Shown here in pieces: positions 54,012 through 62,407 of a stretch of 64,000 bases of DNA. A program made the position numbers and the translations under genes. This stretch comes from a virus. Taxonomy: Duplodnaviria > Heunggongvirae > Uroviricota > Caudoviricetes. Location: positions 23,495 through 87,494 of the IMG/VR virus record IMGVR_UViG_3300025597_000613. One strand, given 5' to 3'. Position 1 is the stretch's first letter, and each line of letters opens with the position of its first letter. The notes beneath the pieces are model-generated. The model was not told the origin of the DNA, did not search any database, and was given only the letters and a program-made list of their open reading frames with translations.

Positions 54012-54959
54012 ATGATAAATATTTATAGATTGTTACAACTGTATAGGTATTATTTCGTTATGTCAACAAAGAAGCTCACACAAGATACTTTCATCTCTCG
54101 CTGTAAAGAAATACACGGAGATAAATTTGACTATTCCCCGGCAGTCTATAAAAACATGGCCACAAAGGTGCAGATTATATGCCATTCTTGTAATATAGAG
54201 TGGGAGGTAACGCCTGCAAATCATATACATCTGAAATCCGGATGCCCACAGTGTAAGACAAATAAACATCAAATTAGGATGAATTCTGCAGTCCTCTCTA
54301 CTGAGGAATTTATTTCTCGCTCTAAAGAAATGCACGGCAACAAATTTGACTACTCAATGTCCGAATACAGAGGATCTAATACCAAAATAAAAATTCTTTG
54401 TCCTATACACGGTGAGTTTGAACAATGGCCGCAGGATCATATGAACGGTCGCGGTTGTGAAAAATGCAGTGGTGTAAAAAAGAAAACTACTGAAGAATTT
54501 ATTTCTCAGGCTAAAAGTATTTTCCCGCAATTTGACTATTCACTTGTGGAATATGTAAATGCACATACTCCAGTAAAAATTATTTGTCCTGAACACAACG
54601 AATTCCTTCAAAAGCCTAATGCAATCTTGAATCATATAGGTTGCGAGAAGTGCGGCATTGAAAGAATGTTACAGACCAAAATAGAAAGAAAAATTATTGC
54701 CGATCCTGCAGATAAAACTGAATATGAAAACTATCGTAGAAAAGTTTGGAGAATTTCAAATCAACAATATAAACTACACAAAGATAAAATCAATCCAGAA
54801 AATTTGCCACGAAGTTTGAAATATCATCTAGACCACATCTATTCAATTCAACAGGGATGGGTAAACGGAAAACCAGCTGAAGAAATTGGGCACTGGACAA
54901 ATCTTCAAATATTGGAAGGTACTGAAAATAGGAAGAAGGGAAATAAACTTATTATTTAG
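54012..54959 (+). CDS. HNH homing endonuclease with three tandem zinc-ribbon DNA-binding repeats (plus strand)
   Basis: three repeats EEFISx...HGxKFDYS...CxxHGEF...GCxKC, then C-terminal HNH (HLDHIYSI...NLQIL...NRKKGNK); opposite strand to neighbours. Confidence 0.7.
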   Translation: MINIYRLLQLYRYYFVMSTKKLTQDTFISRCKEIHGDKFDYSPAVYKNMATKVQIICHSCNIEWEVTPANHIHLKSGCPQCKTNKHQIRMNSAVLSTEEFISRSKEMHGNKFDYSMSEYRGSNTKIKILCPIHGEFEQWPQDHMNGRGCEKCSGVKKKTTEEFISQAKSIFPQFDYSLVEYVNAHTPVKIICPEHNEFLQKPNAILNHIGCEKCGIERMLQTKIERKIIADPADKTEYENYRRKVWRISNQQYKLHKDKINPENLPRSLKYHLDHIYSIQQGWVNGKPAEEIGHWTNLQILEGTENRKKGNKLII

Positions 54960-55281
54960 GATATACATCGCAAACCCATAATTTTTTCTTATTATTGGCG
55001 TCGTAGATTATATATCTTCTACCATGATCGTTTTCTATCCAATAATGGGTGGCTGATTGCCCGTAGCATTCTTTGACCGCTATTTCAAATTGATTCATGT
55101 AATCTTTATTATTCCAGTCATCGGCGAGGTGATCAAAAACCATATGGCAGGTGAAGTCAAAAACAGGGTCATCTCCCTTTAGTGTTCTTGCTAATTTCTC
55201 GTGTTCAAAAAATTTCGGGTCCGATACCAAATTAAGAACTTCTTTAGGTAATTTGCGTGTCCATGTGCCCATATATGTCAT
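54952..55281 (-). CDS. hypothetical protein (109 aa)
   Basis: minus-strand ORF. Confidence 0.4.
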   Translation of the reverse strand: MTYMGTWTRKLPKEVLNLVSDPKFFEHEKLARTLKGDDPVFDFTCHMVFDHLADDWNNKDYMNQFEIAVKECYGQSATHYWIENDHGRRYIIYDANNKKKLWVCDVYPK

Positions 55282-55574
55282 AATCTAAAAATCATCCTAA
55301 CATCATTATCAATAAATGTTGAATTTGCTGATTCTGGGGTAAGAAATCCATAAGGAATATATATCTCTACAAATTCCTCATATGGATCTTCTATCACAGT
55401 TGTTTTTGTCTTCCAATAATCAATTTCTGTATCTAAAGATTTAGTCTCATTATCACGTATATAAACAATTGAATAATCCGTGCTAACAACTATTCTCTTA
55501 TAATTTTGATTTGCAGGATCATTCAACAATGCCCTTGCACCCTGAATCTTGTTTGCCGTTACCTGTGTATTCAT
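55278..55574 (-). CDS. hypothetical protein (98 aa)
   Basis: minus-strand ORF, 4-nt overlap. Confidence 0.4.
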   Translation of the reverse strand: MNTQVTANKIQGARALLNDPANQNYKRIVVSTDYSIVYIRDNETKSLDTEIDYWKTKTTVIEDPYEEFVEIYIPYGFLTPESANSTFIDNDVRMIFRL

Positions 55575-55915
55575 TGGTCTTCGTCCTTTTTATATTCTGG
55601 TCTTATTGTGAAAATTTTGCCCGTAGATTCCTGCATTGGTTGAACGCCCATAATTTCATGTGCAATAGTTCCGGGTATTATTCTTCTAATCATCGGCATT
55701 ACGATTTTTTCAAAATCAGAAATTACCGGCTTCGGTGGTGCAGCAAGACGACGAACAATTTCATCTGCTTCCTCCTCCTCGGTCATTGCGGCTTTCTTAA
55801 GATTGACTTCCTCGATAAGAAATTTTCGATGATTCTCTAGTATTTCTTTACTTAGATCATCAAGGCTGTCAATCAAGCTTTTCTTGGTCGGATCATATTT
55901 AGCAGTGTCAGTCAT
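55571..55915 (-). CDS. hypothetical protein (114 aa)
   Basis: minus-strand ORF, 4-nt overlap. Confidence 0.4.
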   Translation of the reverse strand: MTDTAKYDPTKKSLIDSLDDLSKEILENHRKFLIEEVNLKKAAMTEEEEADEIVRRLAAPPKPVISDFEKIVMPMIRRIIPGTIAHEIMGVQPMQESTGKIFTIRPEYKKDEDQ

Positions 55916-56159
55916 TGCTACCTGCGTATTTCAAAATATATGCTGTTGCCTCTTCTCCAGATAACAAGATTGTCTGGTTTGAATACACAAGATGCCCATC
56001 GCCACGGTAATAATAATCCTTCTTGATGGGTTTTACCCTCATCATTTTTGGATTGAGTCTAATTACCTTGCATACCTGCAATAAATTCTTATGGGAAACT
56101 GCTACATAGTTTCCTTCTTGTATAGTCTGCCCTAATATGTCGAGGTGCCTTTCCGCCAT
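55908..56159 (-). CDS. hypothetical protein (83 aa)
   Basis: minus-strand ORF. Confidence 0.4.
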   Translation of the reverse strand: MAERHLDILGQTIQEGNYVAVSHKNLLQVCKVIRLNPKMMRVKPIKKDYYYRGDGHLVYSNQTILLSGEEATAYILKYAGSND

Positions 56160-56404
56160 GTCTCTAAATCCTTCATTATTTCTGCATCAATTTCTGCCGA
56201 AATTTCCTGCGAAAGTATTTCACTTATTACCTTAGCAAGTTCTGCTGCCTTTTCAGCATCAAGTTCTTGTTTGGTTTTCGATAGTTTACTGACAATTTCG
56301 TCAGCTTGCGACTCATCCGCGGGATTTATGTCAGCTGAGCTCTTCGACGGTGTATCCGTTAAAGGTAATCTCGAAATCAGGGAGTTCCAATCTATCCCAG
56401 TCAT
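56132..56404 (-). CDS. doubtful small acidic helical protein
   Basis: N-terminal part is Ser/Thr-rich and overlaps the 2H phosphoesterase gene by >70 nt. Confidence 0.2.
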   Translation of the reverse strand: MTGIDWNSLISRLPLTDTPSKSSADINPADESQADEIVSKLSKTKQELDAEKAAELAKVISEILSQEISAEIDAEIMKDLETWRKGTSTY

Positions 56405-56789
56405 TTGGTGCGTCAGAGGCGACAGTGATGTGCGCGATGTATTCCGGGTAGTCATGTGTTGCTCCGTGTTTTTCCATAAACAGTTCATGCAATCTTGTTG
56501 CATTGGGACAATAAATTTCGAGAACCAAGACTTTCTTGTCTGTCCCTAAAACTTTCCAACCAATTGGTAATGCCTGACATGGTAGTCCAAAATCTTCTCT
56601 TGCGACATCGGAACACTCTGTCTTACTGTAGATTATTGTACAGTGATATTCATCGGAATCCACAAGATTTTCGATGCCTTGCTTCACACAAAAATTCAAT
56701 AATTCTTCGCGTGATTCGACTGATGGAATTAAGCTTGAATAGGTACCGCCAGGATGTGCAGATTCAAAAAGGTAATCAATTTTCTTCAT
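56331..56789 (-). CDS. 2H-superfamily phosphoesterase (Acb1-like / LigT-like cyclic phosphodiesterase)
   Basis: two H-x-T/S-x motifs (YHCTIIYS, AHITVASD) ~72 residues apart; 152 aa. Confidence 0.55.
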   Translation of the reverse strand: MKKIDYLFESAHPGGTYSSLIPSVESREELLNFCVKQGIENLVDSDEYHCTIIYSKTECSDVAREDFGLPCQALPIGWKVLGTDKKVLVLEIYCPNATRLHELFMEKHGATHDYPEYIAHITVASDAPNDWDRLELPDFEITFNGYTVEELS

Positions 56790-57003
56790 ATTTTAATATC
56801 TCAAATTCATTTTTTGCATAGAGAACCTTTGTATCACCATAGTAATTTTTATATGTTCTCTTGTATAGAATACCTATACTGCTATTTCCGTCGATTGTTT
56901 TTACCGGAATGACACGGAATGTCTTTGTCCAGGAGGTCACTGGATGAAGACGAAAAATATTGGCACCATCTGTTACGGGTGGTGGGACCGGTACCCAGGC
57001 CAT
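56776..57003 (-). CDS. hypothetical protein (75 aa)
   Basis: minus-strand ORF. Confidence 0.35.
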   Translation of the reverse strand: MAWVPVPPPVTDGANIFRLHPVTSWTKTFRVIPVKTIDGNSSIGILYKRTYKNYYGDTKVLYAKNEFEILKYEEN

Positions 57004-57473
57004 TAGAAAAATCTAGCCTTCTCGGGATCTTCGAAACCAGCAAGCTTATTTCTTGTCTTTTCTTGCTCTGCCCAATCGTATTCTTGATTAATGCGCTTAC
57101 GAAGATATTCTCTTATGGTACCTCTTTCATTCCAGATAAATTTCTCAAATCTTGTAAGACCGTTGCAAGGGCAATCAACTACAAAATTAATTCCGTTGAG
57201 CTGTTTTCCAGAGATTCCGTCAAGATCATAGTGTAGGATAACACCTTCGGGATTTTTTGCATGTTCCGTCCTGCAGTATTCTTTCCATCTTTCTCTATCA
57301 TCCTCTATGCTGTTTGTATCAGCATAATCCGGCGGGCCGTAACTGGTTTCTGGGCAAAGGTGTAATCTTCCACACCAACCACACTCCATGTCAGCAGAAC
57401 CCACCCCGAAATCAATGGAATATACAAACATATCCGATGGGGCTTCGTCGTCGGTTTTGTACTTCTTCGACAT
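57003..57473 (-). CDS. hypothetical Cys-containing protein (156 aa)
   Basis: ATG with AAGGA SD; CGWCGRLHLCPE ... DCPCNG motifs. Confidence 0.4.
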   Translation of the reverse strand: MSKKYKTDDEAPSDMFVYSIDFGVGSADMECGWCGRLHLCPETSYGPPDYADTNSIEDDRERWKEYCRTEHAKNPEGVILHYDLDGISGKQLNGINFVVDCPCNGLTRFEKFIWNERGTIREYLRKRINQEYDWAEQEKTRNKLAGFEDPEKARFF

Positions 57474-57729
57474 CGCTATTCCTTATAATATCAAAGATAG
57501 TTTCTTTGTACTCATATTCTGGTGTACCGAAAAGTCTATCTATCCAGTGATATTGTGTATACCCTATTTGGCGACGATAAACAAATTCCAACCAGACTTT
57601 CCCATCGCCGACTCGGACAGGATACCATGCAAACCATTTATACCAATTACAATATTTGTAATCTTTATTCTTGATTTTCCACTTCATGATTTGTATCTTT
57701 CTTATAATCTTTCCATATTTGATAGACAA
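57412..57729 (-). CDS. hypothetical protein (105 aa)
   Basis: minus-strand ORF. Confidence 0.35.
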   Translation of the reverse strand: MSIKYGKIIRKIQIMKWKIKNKDYKYCNWYKWFAWYPVRVGDGKVWLEFVYRRQIGYTQYHWIDRLFGTPEYEYKETIFDIIRNSDVEEVQNRRRSPIGYVCIFH

Positions 57730-57787
57730 TGAGCACCGTAATGAGTACCATGGAAATCATAGCGAATAATGTCAATAAAGCTGCCAT

Positions 57788-58630
57788 TTAGACCTCAAAC
57801 TTTCTTGCTTCTTCAAAAGTAACTTTGAATCCAGATGCTGTAGCATGTCCGCCACCACCAAATTGCTCTGCAATTTTGGCAACATCTATTCCGTCTGGCG
57901 TTGATCGCAAACCAAAAAACCTCGCATCGGGTTGATCGTAATAATATGCTGCAAAAGGCTCGTTTTTACACAGTGCAGAACAAATATCCGATCCGTATTG
58001 GTACGTAACATTTGCAGCAGGAATATTATATCCCGCTATATTCAAGCGCCGCACGACCACACCCATCAATTCCTTAACGTCTTTGGCCATTCTGCGTTCA
58101 ATCGCAGTACCTTCCTTGATTTGTTCGTCGAGAGATTGATTTACCAATCTATCCCAATTCTCGAAGGTATATTCATAACTGTAGACGTTGGCTTGGATTT
58201 CTCTGGTTCCGGGCAATAAGAATTTCCAGCGATCTCTATCGTCAATGTGTTTGATAAATTGTGGTACAGGATTTGTAGGGAAGAAATACTTCCAGGCAAG
58301 CATTGCACCGCTCTCAGTATTTTCCGGACTGTAAAATTTCTCCAGGTTTGGTGGATTAAAATCCTTCAAATCCTCGATAGCACTAATGTGATGGTCAATG
58401 TGAATTATTGCCCTTGCCTTTTTGGCTAGTTCTTCCATTACAGGCTTCTTATAACTGAAATCTACAATGTAGACTATCTTGTCAGTTACATCCGGTGGTG
58501 CATCTTTGTAGAAACCGGCGTGAAATTCTATTTCACCCTGTGATAATCTTACAACCCATGCAGCGGTAAACCCATCAGCACAATTACCATGATATATACA
58601 AATTTTCTTAGTCATTCTTTCTTTCTTCAA
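57788..58630 (-). CDS. DHH/DHHA1-family phosphoesterase (NrnA-like nanoRNase/pAp phosphatase fold)
   Basis: DGFTAAWVV, IHIDHH (DHH), C-terminal GGGGHATASGF (DHHA1 GGGH). Confidence 0.75.
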   Translation of the reverse strand: MKKERMTKKICIYHGNCADGFTAAWVVRLSQGEIEFHAGFYKDAPPDVTDKIVYIVDFSYKKPVMEELAKKARAIIHIDHHISAIEDLKDFNPPNLEKFYSPENTESGAMLAWKYFFPTNPVPQFIKHIDDRDRWKFLLPGTREIQANVYSYEYTFENWDRLVNQSLDEQIKEGTAIERRMAKDVKELMGVVVRRLNIAGYNIPAANVTYQYGSDICSALCKNEPFAAYYYDQPDARFFGLRSTPDGIDVAKIAEQFGGGGHATASGFKVTFEEARKFEV

Positions 58631-58829
58631 CTACCTGCATTGATACGGAAGAAAATGCATCAAATCTTTCCTTATTTGCCTCAATAAAGCGTGCTGCAAG
58701 AAGTAATGAAATTCCTTCTGTACCACCAATGCCGTAATTTTGAATATTACGTGTATACTCTTTCTGTGCCCAATCGAGAGCCTTTATTGTTTCATCGGCG
58801 GTTACCGGATATTGTAAAATATTTCTCAT
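58608..58829 (-). CDS. hypothetical protein (73 aa)
   Basis: minus-strand ORF. Confidence 0.4.
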   Translation of the reverse strand: MRNILQYPVTADETIKALDWAQKEYTRNIQNYGIGGTEGISLLLAARFIEANKERFDAFSSVSMQVVEERKND

Positions 58830-59026
58830 TTTCTTTTCCCTCGTATAGTTTTATGTCTTATACCGGAGGCTCTAAAATCTTTCCCACTTGCGAATTTTGG
58901 ATTGCAATTAGCAAAAACTGAATGGGCCATAATGAGCCCATTCAATAATCCGTGCATGTAATCATGTTGCGATTTGGGATATGGCGGGACGCAATTTCTC
59001 TGGATAGAGATTAGGTTCTCTACCAT
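58826..59026 (-). CDS. hypothetical small basic protein
   Basis: start trimmed to ATG with AAGGGA SD, clear of DpdA stop. Confidence 0.35.
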   Translation of the reverse strand: MVENLISIQRNCVPPYPKSQHDYMHGLLNGLIMAHSVFANCNPKFASGKDFRASGIRHKTIRGKRK

Positions 59027-59048
59027 CTTAATTCCCTTTTGTAACCTA

Positions 59049-60617
59049 TTACTCATCGAGATTGATAAGATCTTCCTTATCGAGACTTGCAAGTTCTTCG
59101 ACGGTAGGTACGTGTTCTTCGTTACCTTCCTCTTCACCACCGAATAATGATTCAAAAGTGGTTACTGCCTTCTTGTCGCCGAAGCTGACATAGTCAAGGA
59201 ATGCCTGATTCTCCTTCAACATAGTATACGGATCTTTATTTGAGGGGTCAAGAAGTTCTTCTACGAAATTATTAAAGAATAGAATTGAATTAGGGACAAA
59301 ATCACTAATGTTGGTTTGCTTCTTCTTATCTCTCATTTGATACCAGTCTTTGTAACTGATATTTTTACGAACTGCATATTCGATGTCAGCTAATCTATTG
59401 ATTTCCTGAACAGCCTGAATGTGGTTGTAGACATTATGCGCCATTACCAATGCATAGGTAGTGGTATCCCAGCTTGTCTTACCAATCTTGTCTTGCTTGT
59501 TCTTATCGGTGGGACCCATTACGCACATATCACCAGTTGTCAAACGTTCCATAATTGGGCCCTGGAATGGCATTGCATAATCTGTGCCTTTAAGTCCCTT
59601 GTCGTCGAGGCCGCGGCCCATTGCGTATGTTAGCTGATCTGGCTTGAAATAATTGTAGTTATAGGACAATGCATAGCCACCCGCTGCCACAAATGGGCTT
59701 GCAGCGTCAAAGCTGATGTTGACATTAGGATTATCGTGCTTCCTCAATAATCTCTCAATGGATGTCAAATAGCATGCCCAATCAAGTCTACCAATGCCCA
59801 AGAAGTGAATCCAGTCCTTGCCTTCGAGGAGACCGTCCCTGCGTAGATCAAGCATTCGTTCAAGAACAGTTTTCATGTTCTTCATGTTAATACCTGCAAA
59901 TGCATAACCTTCCAGAGTATGGTTACGTGGATAGCCCATTAATTCTACGGAATCTGGATTACTGAAATGCTTAACTTCCTCGTACCATTCTTTAGAATTT
60001 TCATTATCGCTACCAGATAGGACATTTAGGAATTTTGTCTTTCCCGGAATTCTATTCTTGATAAAATAATGCAGATTGTGGACAGAGATATCCAGCGTAT
60101 CTTCAAATTTAGTCAATCCTGTTTTGGCACTGAGTGGTGGCTTGGCCGCAAAGGCAGGAACATCCAGCGTCATTGACCAATCTGCTGTGTGTTCGAGATA
60201 ACGAAGAATTTCTTCCCTGAGCTTGTCACCTTCGGGGCCCTTCACTGTTGCCCAATCCAGTTTAATAACACCGGTAGCGATTTGGAATCCACCCGAGTCA
60301 CCGATGAGAATAGTTTTCTCCCGATCGCGCTCGTGGATCATAGGTTCCCTCTTGTCACATTTATCAAGATTTCTCTCTGCGTGACCTGCCGAATACAATC
60401 CAAATTTGTAATTGAAGTAACTACCTTCTTCCTTCAGAAAATTAAGGCCTTCGATTCCATATTCGAAATTCTTTGGAATACGCTCAGCCGGAATAAAATT
60501 CGGATCTGATTGTGCCTTTCCGAGATGTGTAGTATAGAAGCCACTAATTGCTGGGAGATATTTTGCCCATCCGCCAGCCAGATGTCTTTCTGTGAAATTT
60601 ACTCTGTTTTTTGTCAT
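59049..60617 (-). CDS. dpdA: TGT-family transglycosylase, DpdA-like (DNA 7-deazaguanine insertion)
   Basis: ILIGDSGGFQ matches TGT catalytic-Asp motif (LTDSGGFQ); FLGIGRLDW resembles TGT LMGVGKPEDL; co-located with QueE/QueD-like genes. Confidence 0.6.
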   Translation of the reverse strand: MTKNRVNFTERHLAGGWAKYLPAISGFYTTHLGKAQSDPNFIPAERIPKNFEYGIEGLNFLKEEGSYFNYKFGLYSAGHAERNLDKCDKREPMIHERDREKTILIGDSGGFQIATGVIKLDWATVKGPEGDKLREEILRYLEHTADWSMTLDVPAFAAKPPLSAKTGLTKFEDTLDISVHNLHYFIKNRIPGKTKFLNVLSGSDNENSKEWYEEVKHFSNPDSVELMGYPRNHTLEGYAFAGINMKNMKTVLERMLDLRRDGLLEGKDWIHFLGIGRLDWACYLTSIERLLRKHDNPNVNISFDAASPFVAAGGYALSYNYNYFKPDQLTYAMGRGLDDKGLKGTDYAMPFQGPIMERLTTGDMCVMGPTDKNKQDKIGKTSWDTTTYALVMAHNVYNHIQAVQEINRLADIEYAVRKNISYKDWYQMRDKKKQTNISDFVPNSILFFNNFVEELLDPSNKDPYTMLKENQAFLDYVSFGDKKAVTTFESLFGGEEEGNEEHVPTVEELASLDKEDLINLDE

Positions 60618-60814
60618 TTGAATCTGTAATCGTTTAGTTTGGTAATGAAATCGTCGACATTCCAGCCATGATCCACAATAATATGGTGGTAGAATTCGTG
60701 AAGCGTAAGTTGAAAAGTTTGTGGATTTACAGTAACTCTATCATTGATAATATTTCTTACCGTCCTAAAGTCTGTTCTCTTTAAGGCTTCGAAAGTCCTG
60801 TCGTAATCGTCCAT
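60614..60814 (-). CDS. small protein, DTF-motif family member
   Basis: MDDYDRTFEALKRTDFRTV...HGWNVDDF. Confidence 0.4.
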   Translation of the reverse strand: MDDYDRTFEALKRTDFRTVRNIINDRVTVNPQTFQLTLHEFYHHIIVDHGWNVDDFITKLNDYRFK

Positions 60815-60821
60815 ATTGTAT

Positions 60822-61073
60822 TTAGATTTTTGGCCGTGGAGGAAGCAATATTCCCTTTAGAAGTTTCTTTGCAAACTTCTTGTCATTCCTGATTCTTTCT
60901 TCTAACTCATCCATTCGAGGTTTCATTTCGGGATCAGATAAACGAACTGGTTCGCCATTTTCCCAAAATCCGCCACGGGCTTCGGCAGCCCGGAGATCAC
61001 GCCATGTGTGATAATCCGGATACTTTAGTGCCCATAGGGTTTCTAAGTAATCCGGTGTTTTCTTAGGCATCAT
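60822..61073 (-). CDS. hypothetical protein (83 aa)
   Basis: minus-strand ORF. Confidence 0.4.
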   Translation of the reverse strand: MMPKKTPDYLETLWALKYPDYHTWRDLRAAEARGGFWENGEPVRLSDPEMKPRMDELEERIRNDKKFAKKLLKGILLPPRPKI

Positions 61074-61398
61074 CTACTACAATTCCAGACTCAATAATAG
61101 ATCTAATCTCGAATTTTTCGCCCACATGTATTCCACGAACAATATATGTCTGGAATGAAGATGCCTTTTCATAATGTTTCTTAATCGGCATAAATGTCTG
61201 GGAATCTAAGACAACCACATCCATAGGAATATTCTGTTCGATTACCTTTCGAAATTTTAGTTTTTGTGACCTAACATTTTCGTCAATAACCCCGTAATTA
61301 TCGAGATTCAAAACAGAATAATATTCTTTTAATTCAGTAAAAATTTCCTCGGGAACATTATCCAAATCTAACCTATTATGTCTAAAAGTTTTGTCCAT
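61063..61398 (-). CDS. hypothetical protein (111 aa)
   Basis: minus-strand ORF. Confidence 0.4.
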   Translation of the reverse strand: MDKTFRHNRLDLDNVPEEIFTELKEYYSVLNLDNYGVIDENVRSQKLKFRKVIEQNIPMDVVVLDSQTFMPIKKHYEKASSFQTYIVRGIHVGEKFEIRSIIESGIVVDDA

Positions 61399-61401
61399 AA
61401 T

Positions 61402-61626
61402 TTAAGCCTTTCTTTCCCATCCTAATTTAATAAGAAGCTTTTCGTGCTCTGCACTAAAATCATCGTATGTCCAGCCATATGCTGCTAATTTTTCTACAAT
61501 ATATGGTCGAAACAATATTTCTGGCCGAAATGTATTGGGATTTATTATTACCCAACTATCCTTGTTTAGAACTGAAACAAAGGGCTCTCGTTGCAGTCTT
61601 CGAAAAGTATCACCCTCGTTCGTCAT
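61402..61626 (-). CDS. small protein, DTF-motif family member
   Basis: MTNEGDTFRRLQREPFVSV...YGWTYDDF. Confidence 0.4.
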   Translation of the reverse strand: MTNEGDTFRRLQREPFVSVLNKDSWVIINPNTFRPEILFRPYIVEKLAAYGWTYDDFSAEHEKLLIKLGWERKA

Positions 61627-62348
61627 GCCTTGCTTGCTGGGAGAATGTAGGAATACTTTCCGAGGCCGCTATCGACTTCAATCTTCAATGCACCCATATC
61701 TGAGAAATACATGGTTACATCTTCATTATCGTTGAGTTTCAAGATGCTCAAGACCTGTGTTAGAGGCCAAGACCACTGATGCTTCAATGCACCAGTGATT
61801 CCCTTAGCAAAGGTAATGGTGGTACGATCAGTCGGACCGGAACCGATAGCAAACTTCAATGCGTCCTTATCTGTGGATACAGTAAAACGCTTCTCAAATC
61901 CGCCAAGAATTCCTTGATAGCTATTCAGTGTAGCAATCTTCTGCTTCTCAGGCTTTAGGGTAATATTCCATGTTGCACCTTTGAATGGCGGAACCTTAAT
62001 TTGCTCATTCACCATCGCTTCACTCATGAAGCGATAGACCGCAACGTCTTCACCGTTATCAAAAGTCATTTCAGTAGGTACTGTTGCACCACCGCGAACT
62101 TCTGTAACGATAGATACATTGGAACCATTGTGCAGATCAATGAAGCCCTTCAGCTGAGCAAGACGCGACAAACCTACGGTTGAATCGATATCCTTAATAG
62201 GTTGATATAGATCACCATAAAGTACCACTGTTTTGTCTGCATCAATTGCTTCAATCTTTGCTTCATTTACTGAGCCTACCAATTTTACCATATCGATGAA
62301 GCCTAAGCTCGATGTATGCTTCACAATATCCTTAAATGCGTCAATCAT
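61623..62348 (-). CDS. putative sliding clamp (gp45-like processivity factor)
   Basis: ~240 aa, immediately downstream of DNA polymerase; only loose resemblance to T4 gp45 by eye; position-based call. Confidence 0.4.
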   Translation of the reverse strand: MIDAFKDIVKHTSSLGFIDMVKLVGSVNEAKIEAIDADKTVVLYGDLYQPIKDIDSTVGLSRLAQLKGFIDLHNGSNVSIVTEVRGGATVPTEMTFDNGEDVAVYRFMSEAMVNEQIKVPPFKGATWNITLKPEKQKIATLNSYQGILGGFEKRFTVSTDKDALKFAIGSGPTDRTTITFAKGITGALKHQWSWPLTQVLSILKLNDNEDVTMYFSDMGALKIEVDSGLGKYSYILPASKA

Positions 62349-62407
62349 GTTTTCCCTTTCTGAAAAGATTCTGTAGTGTAATGAATTTTGTTTTGAATGT
62401 CAACGTT

